Shown here in pieces: positions 59,306-64,000 of a stretch of 64,000 nt of DNA. How positions within the stretch are numbered: the stretch's first letter is position 1; each line of letters begins with the position of its first letter. This stretch comes from Candidatus Hydrogenedentota bacterium (GTDB taxonomy: Bacteria > Hydrogenedentota > Hydrogenedentia > Hydrogenedentales > SLHB01), in NCBI GenBank assembly GCA_045863335.1, contig BTVY01000017.1, forward strand, positions 58,251 through 122,250. Reading direction: 5' to 3'. The position numbers and the translations under genes were made by a program. Under the pieces are notes generated by a model, which was given only the letters and a program-made list of their open reading frames with translations, did no database searches and was not told the DNA's origin.

Positions 59306-62300
59306 CTATTGCCGTACGATAGTCTCGTCGAGATTCAGCATAACCCGCGCGGTCAAGGTCCACGCGGCCAATTCCGCGGGATCGTCGATCGTGCCGCCGT
59401 CCCATGCCGCGGACTTCAAAATCGCATCCGCGGACAAATCGCCGGCCGCGATACGCGCCTGTTGCTTTTCCAGAAACGCCTCAAGTGTTGCGATCTCGCC
59501 ATCCTCCGGCATGCGGCTAGTGCAACGGCGGAACGCATATTCAATGCGCGAACGCGTGGCCTCACCGCCGTACGTCAACGTGTCTTCGGCAAGACCGCGC
59601 GCACACTCGACGAACAACGGATCGTTCAGTGTGGTCAGGGCCTGCAGGGGACTATTGCTCCGGTCGCGCCGCGTGCAGGCCGCATCGCCTGCCGGCGTGT
59701 CGAAGACCTGCAACGCGGGATACGGCACGCTGCGGTAGCGGAAGGTGTACAGCGCGCGCCGGTACCGCTCCGGACCCTCCACCGCGTTCCACACCTTCGG
59801 TCCGTAACTCGCGGGCGGTTTGAACAGGAATTCCGGCGCGGGTGAGAAAATGCTCGGTCCGCCCATCTTGTCGTTGAGCAGGCCGCTCGACGCGAGGGCA
59901 ATGTCGCGCACCGTTTCGCCGGAAACGCGGAACCGCGCGCCCCGCGCCAGGAGCCGGTTGTAGGGATCGCGCTGAAACAACTCCGGCGTCACGTTGGATG
60001 CCTGCCGGTACGCGGCCGACGTAAGAATGAGCCGGTGCAATGCCTTCACGTCCCAACCGGATTCCATAAACTCGACGGCAAGCCAGTCCAGCAATTCAGG
60101 ATGGCTCGGCGCATCGCCTTGCGTGCCGAGGTCGGATGACGTCTCCACGATACCCGTGCCGAAGTAATGTTGCCAGACGCGGTTCACGAAGGAGCGTGCC
60201 GTTGTCGGCGATTCCGGCGACACGAGCCACCGCGCGAAATCCAGCCGGTCAGGCGCGCCTTCCGCGTTCAGCGCGTGCATGAACTGCGGCACGCCCGGCT
60301 CGACGGTTTCCGCGGGACTCAGGAAATCGCCGCGTTCCAACCGATGCGTGACGCGCGGTGTCTGCCGTTCGTGCAGGACCAACTGCGTTGTGCCCGACGG
60401 CAGCGAGCGCCACAGCGCCGCGATGCGGGCGTTCGCGTCGGAAAGCTCCGGCACCGTCGACCGCCACGCGCTGAATAAGGCGCGGGTATCTGCATCAGTC
60501 CGCGCCGCTGCCTCCGTCGCCAGCGCTTCTTGCGTCGCGACGGGCAACGCCGTGTCCGGCAACTCCGTTGCGTCCGTCACCGACAGCCGGAATCGGCCCA
60601 GGTTGTTGTTCTGATTGTCGTCGCTGTTCCAGCCGCCGTGTTGCTGGCTGAGCCGGAAGGCCAGCGCCGTCCCCGGTTCGACCGTCAGCGGTTCCTTCAG
60701 TTTGAAAATGGCGTAGTGCGCCCGGTTCCGGTGTTCGGGATCGATGTCCGTTGTCCAGGCCGTTTCGGCTTTGCCGTCGATAGCGAGTTCGATGGGACCG
60801 GTGTAGCGTTTCGCTCCGCCGTTGTCCGGGAACTCCGGCCCCAGCACTTCCTGCGGCGGATTCACATCCGCGATGGCCGAGGCAACCGGCACCGCGGTCC
60901 ACTTGTCGTACTCGGCGATAGGCGTGTCCGCCGGAGCGACGCGCAGTTCAAACTCCGACAACGCGCTGGCGCCGTAGATCGAACGCCCAGGCCCGCCGCG
61001 CGGCAAATTCGGATCCGGCAACAACTCCAGCTTCACGGCCGTGATCGTGGTCAGCTTCGTCGTTGCCGTCATCTTGGGTTGGAACCGGGTCGGCGCGTAG
61101 CCTTGCGCCAGATACGACCCGTCGCCCTGAGAAACGCACTTCTGCCCGCCCGCCGACGTATCGTCGAAGGTCAGTTCCAGCGGTTCCCACGCCGGACTCG
61201 GGATCGCGCGGGCCGTGGTTTCCCACTCCGCTACACGCTCGCGCCAGTCCGGCCGATCCGCCTTGATACCCTCTTCCAGTTGCGCGATGAGATCGAGGAT
61301 CGCGCCGCGCTGCTCCTCTTCTTCGGATGAATACACGGAGATGCACGCCTCGTCCGTGTTATTCAGGAACGCGAGCATCTGGTAATACTCAGTGTGCGAG
61401 ATGGGATCGTACTTATGCGTGTGGCACTGGGCGCATTGCGTCGTCAGCCCAAGCACCGCGCGCCCCACAATCTCCACGCGGTTGAATTGCGCTTCCATGC
61501 GGAACTGTTCGGGGTCAATGCCGCCTTCCTCGTTGATCATGCTGTTGCGCAGAAACCCCGTGGCGACCAACTGGTCCTGCGTGGGATTCGGCAAGAGATC
61601 GCCCGCGACCTGCTCGACGACGAACTGGTCGTAAGGCATGTTCATGTTGAACGCCCGCACGACCCAGTCCCGCCACGACCACACCTGCCGCGGCTTGTCC
61701 TTCTCGAACCCGTCCGAGTCGGCATACTGCGCCGCATCCATCCAGTCCCGCGCCCAGCGCTCGCCGTAGTGGGGCGAGGCAAGCAGCCGTTCGACGAGGG
61801 ACGCATACCAGTCCTCCGATTCATCCGCGACGACGCGATCGATCTCGTCGAGCGTGGGAGGGAGGCCCGTGAGGTCGAGACTCACGCGCCGCAACAGCGT
61901 CACCCGATCCGCCATGGGCGAAGGACTGAGCCCTTCCCCTTCCAACCGTTTCAGGATGAACCCGTCGATGGGATTCCGCGCCCACTCCGCATTCCCCACG
62001 CCCGGCACCGTCGGACGCCGCGGCGGCACGAAGGACCAATGGACGGACCACTCCGCACCCTGCGCGATCCATTCCCGGATGAGCGCGATTTCGTTTTCCG
62101 ACAGTGGTTCCCCGGCTTTGGCCGGCGGCATGATCGTATCCGGGTCGTGACTGGCAATACGGCGAATCATCTCACTTTCGTCCGGCTTCCCCGGGACAAT
62201 CGCAGCGTATCCCCCGCGATCCGCGAACGCGTCCTCCTTCGTATCAAGACGCAACTTCGCTTTCCGCGATTCCGGATCGGGACCATGGCACTGAAAACAG

Positions 62301-62425
62301 GCCTTGCTCAGGATTGGTTGAATCTGGTCGTTGAAGGAGACGGGTTCTGCTGCGGCGAAAACGGCCGCGGCTACACCCATGGATGCGAAGATAACTAGAT
62401 TGCGGATGCCCATGATCGGACGCAA
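59306..62425 (-). CDS. Planctomycete-type cytochrome c protein (PSCyt1/DUF1549/DUF1553)
   Basis: CFQCHGPD and CAQCH heme motifs, [44 protein letters not shown]. Confidence 0.9.
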   Translation of the reverse strand: MRPIMGIRNLVIFASMGVAAAVFAAAEPVSFNDQIQPILSKACFQCHGPDPESRKAKLRLDTKEDAFADRGGYAAIVPGKPDESEMIRRIASHDPDTIMPPAKAGEPLSENEIALIREWIAQGAEWSVHWSFVPPRRPTVPGVGNAEWARNPIDGFILKRLEGEGLSPSPMADRVTLLRRVSLDLTGLPPTLDEIDRVVADESEDWYASLVERLLASPHYGERWARDWMDAAQYADSDGFEKDKPRQVWSWRDWVVRAFNMNMPYDQFVVEQVAGDLLPNPTQDQLVATGFLRNSMINEEGGIDPEQFRMEAQFNRVEIVGRAVLGLTTQCAQCHTHKYDPISHTEYYQMLAFLNNTDEACISVYSSEEEEQRGAILDLIAQLEEGIKADRPDWRERVAEWETTARAIPSPAWEPLELTFDDTSAGGQKCVSQGDGSYLAQGYAPTRFQPKMTATTKLTTITAVKLELLPDPNLPRGGPGRSIYGASALSEFELRVAPADTPIAEYDKWTAVPVASAIADVNPPQEVLGPEFPDNGGAKRYTGPIELAIDGKAETAWTTDIDPEHRNRAHYAIFKLKEPLTVEPGTALAFRLSQQHGGWNSDDNQNNNLGRFRLSVTDATELPDTALPVATQEALATEAAARTDADTRALFSAWRSTVPELSDANARIAALWRSLPSGTTQLVLHERQTPRVTHRLERGDFLSPAETVEPGVPQFMHALNAEGAPDRLDFARWLVSPESPTTARSFVNRVWQHYFGTGIVETSSDLGTQGDAPSHPELLDWLAVEFMESGWDVKALHRLILTSAAYRQASNVTPELFQRDPYNRLLARGARFRVSGETVRDIALASSGLLNDKMGGPSIFSPAPEFLFKPPASYGPKVWNAVEGPERYRRALYTFRYRSVPYPALQVFDTPAGDAACTRRDRSNSPLQALTTLNDPLFVECARGLAEDTLTYGGEATRSRIEYAFRRCTSRMPEDGEIATLEAFLEKQQARIAAGDLSADAILKSAAWDGGTIDDPAELAAWTLTARVMLNLDETIVRQ

Positions 62426-62663
62426 TTGCCTCGCAGGTTCGTCGTACTACCCGTCAATCACCAGGACGATCTCTGGCCAGGACCAGAGCGCTTCAGTATA
62501 GAGGATCTGACCGGTTTCGGAAAGTGCGCCTTGGCAGAACTCCGAACCGCTTCCACTGCCAGTTGCCCCAGTTGAAGTTTCCGTGCGGACAACGGATACT
62601 TTCGGCGGCAAGGGGTTTGGGTACATTCTGGATACGCGACCCGTGTGTCCGGGAGAGGGAGCG

Positions 62664-63752
62664 ATGGATTTCTTCGAGGCGCAGGATCGGTTCGAGTTGG
62701 CGGACGACCTCTATCGCAACGGCCAATACGCGCAAGCCCTGGACCAGTTGTCGGACCTGGAGAAACACTACCCCGACAACTACCGGCTGCTGAACGCCAA
62801 AGCGCGCACCCTTGCCAAACTCGGCAAGATTCAGCCTGCGCTGGCCATCTGCGACCGGCTGCTCGACGAATTCAAGTACGAGAAAGTGCGCCGGCTCCGG
62901 GACCAACTGGCCGGAGCCGTCGATATGGCGGCCAGGAAGGGCAAGCCGTCGGCTCCGGCGGAACCTCCTCCTTTGCCGAAACGTAATCCGGAGCCACACA
63001 CCGCCAACGGCCAGCCGCCGCCCTTGCCGATGACGCCATCCGTGCCGGGCGCCATCCCCACGGCCGCACCGCCCATGCCCGCGCAGACGATCGAACCTGG
63101 ATTGTTCGAGGTGAAAGAGGAGCCCGCCATGCGATCCTTCCGCATCAAACCTATCCGTTTGCTGTTGCTCGTCGCGATCGTCGTCGCCATGGCCCTGGGA
63201 TACCTTCCCTACTGGCTCGGCGGCGGGCTTATCGCCGCGTACTTCATCATCAAATGGATCATTCGCGCCGCCGTATACCGCTTGTTCACCATCCCCTTCA
63301 AGATGAAAGGGAAAGCTCTCGCCGGGGCCACCGCGGAGATCCACGGTTGGGAGTGGACCGAAAAACCGGTCCGCGAGCGAACCGAGTACGAGGACGAAGA
63401 TGATGAAGAGTACGATGACGTGGAGGACGGCGATTCAGACGCGGGCCTCCGCTACGTCTGGATCGACGTCACCATCACACCGCCCGACCGCAGCGAAGGC
63501 TTCGTGCATTGGGAGCCGGGTGAACTCGCCCTCTTGCCCAACGGCAAACGGCTGAAGACGCTGGATGACCACGACCACTGTTTACAGGTCCGCGATGTTC
63601 GCTTCGTGCGCGATGGGGAAGAAATCGAAGACGAAGGCGAGAAGGTCGGAGGACCGCACCGCATCAAACTTCTCGCCGCGATTCCGCCGGGTCAACACGA
63701 ATTCCGATTCGTCTATTATCTCGAGGTTTTCGGCGAGGTCAATCTAACGTAA
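62664..63752 (+). CDS. Hypothetical membrane protein: TPR, Pro-rich linker, TM pair, acidic C-terminal domain
   Basis: GAGGGAG RBS; TPR-like ADDLYRNGQYAQALDQL; PPPLP repeats; hydrophobic segment; EDEDDEEYDD tract. Confidence 0.7.
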   Translation: MDFFEAQDRFELADDLYRNGQYAQALDQLSDLEKHYPDNYRLLNAKARTLAKLGKIQPALAICDRLLDEFKYEKVRRLRDQLAGAVDMAARKGKPSAPAEPPPLPKRNPEPHTANGQPPPLPMTPSVPGAIPTAAPPMPAQTIEPGLFEVKEEPAMRSFRIKPIRLLLLVAIVVAMALGYLPYWLGGGLIAAYFIIKWIIRAAVYRLFTIPFKMKGKALAGATAEIHGWEWTEKPVRERTEYEDEDDEEYDDVEDGDSDAGLRYVWIDVTITPPDRSEGFVHWEPGELALLPNGKRLKTLDDHDHCLQVRDVRFVRDGEEIEDEGEKVGGPHRIKLLAAIPPGQHEFRFVYYLEVFGEVNLT

Positions 63753-63772
63753 TTTTATGCGAAGACCGCCCA

Positions 63773-63858
63773 TGTAGCGCCCGGCTTCCACGCCGGGCGG
63801 GATTCGGTTCCGCGATCTGCACTCGCAAAGACCCCCGGCATGGAAGCCGGGCGCAACA
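63773..63858. repeat. REP doublet (REPIN-like) with GTAG-headed palindromes
   Basis: TGTAGCGCCCGGCTTCCACGCCGGGCG and an inverted copy (reverse complement TGTTGCGCCCGGCTTCCATGCCGGGGG) around a ~30-nt spacer. Confidence 0.75.
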
Positions 63859-64000
63859 GGCGGACATTCCCCCACGTCACCAGCGATTTGAAGAAAAGAA
63901 CATCCCCCCTTCAAAGGGGGAATCGCTGCAACGCTTTGCGTTGCTGTGCAGGAAGAACGAGAACTCGAGATACGCCGAATACAGTCAGCCGGCCCGACTG

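Overview
Gene-dense, GC-rich bacterial DNA. A DUF1559-type gene (GFTLIELL...[16 protein letters not shown]...H-X9-DG), DUF1501/DUF1549-type genes and many Tat-exported Gfo/Idh/MocA enzymes suggest a Hydrogenedentota/PVC-like organism (inference only). (1) 1-14.6 kb is a Tad/Flp (type IVc) pilus locus. It has two non-canonical Flp-like pilins (one missing from the ORF track), TadV, three pseudopilin-like genes, CpaB, an FHA-fused CpaF ATPase, TadB, TadC, an FHA-membrane protein and an atypical membrane Ser/Thr kinase with TPRs. A convergent OmpA-domain gene and a second CpaF lie at the left end. No secretin is visible in the window. (2) At 15.27-15.37 kb a 3'-only tRNA-Met fragment with a terminator looks like an att junction, suggesting the Tad locus is island cargo. 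(3) 15.5-30 kb holds carbohydrate/oxidoreductase genes and a DUF1559/PQQ-propeller/membrane protein/ABC cluster in which three consecutive proteins carry CxC motifs. (4) 30-34.7 kb is a scar zone: a NifX-like fragment, sugar aminotransferase and acetyltransferase, and a glycosyltransferase cut by an IS630. (5) 34.7-64 kb holds glycan-catabolism genes (GH95-like, GH28, GH106, sulfatase, DUF1080, Gfo/Idh/MocA), an orphan HicB, a ferritin-like di-iron protein, tRNA-Arg(ACG), two copies of an inverted 9-bp-array element and a REP doublet. All calls come from reading motifs by eye; no database searches were run.
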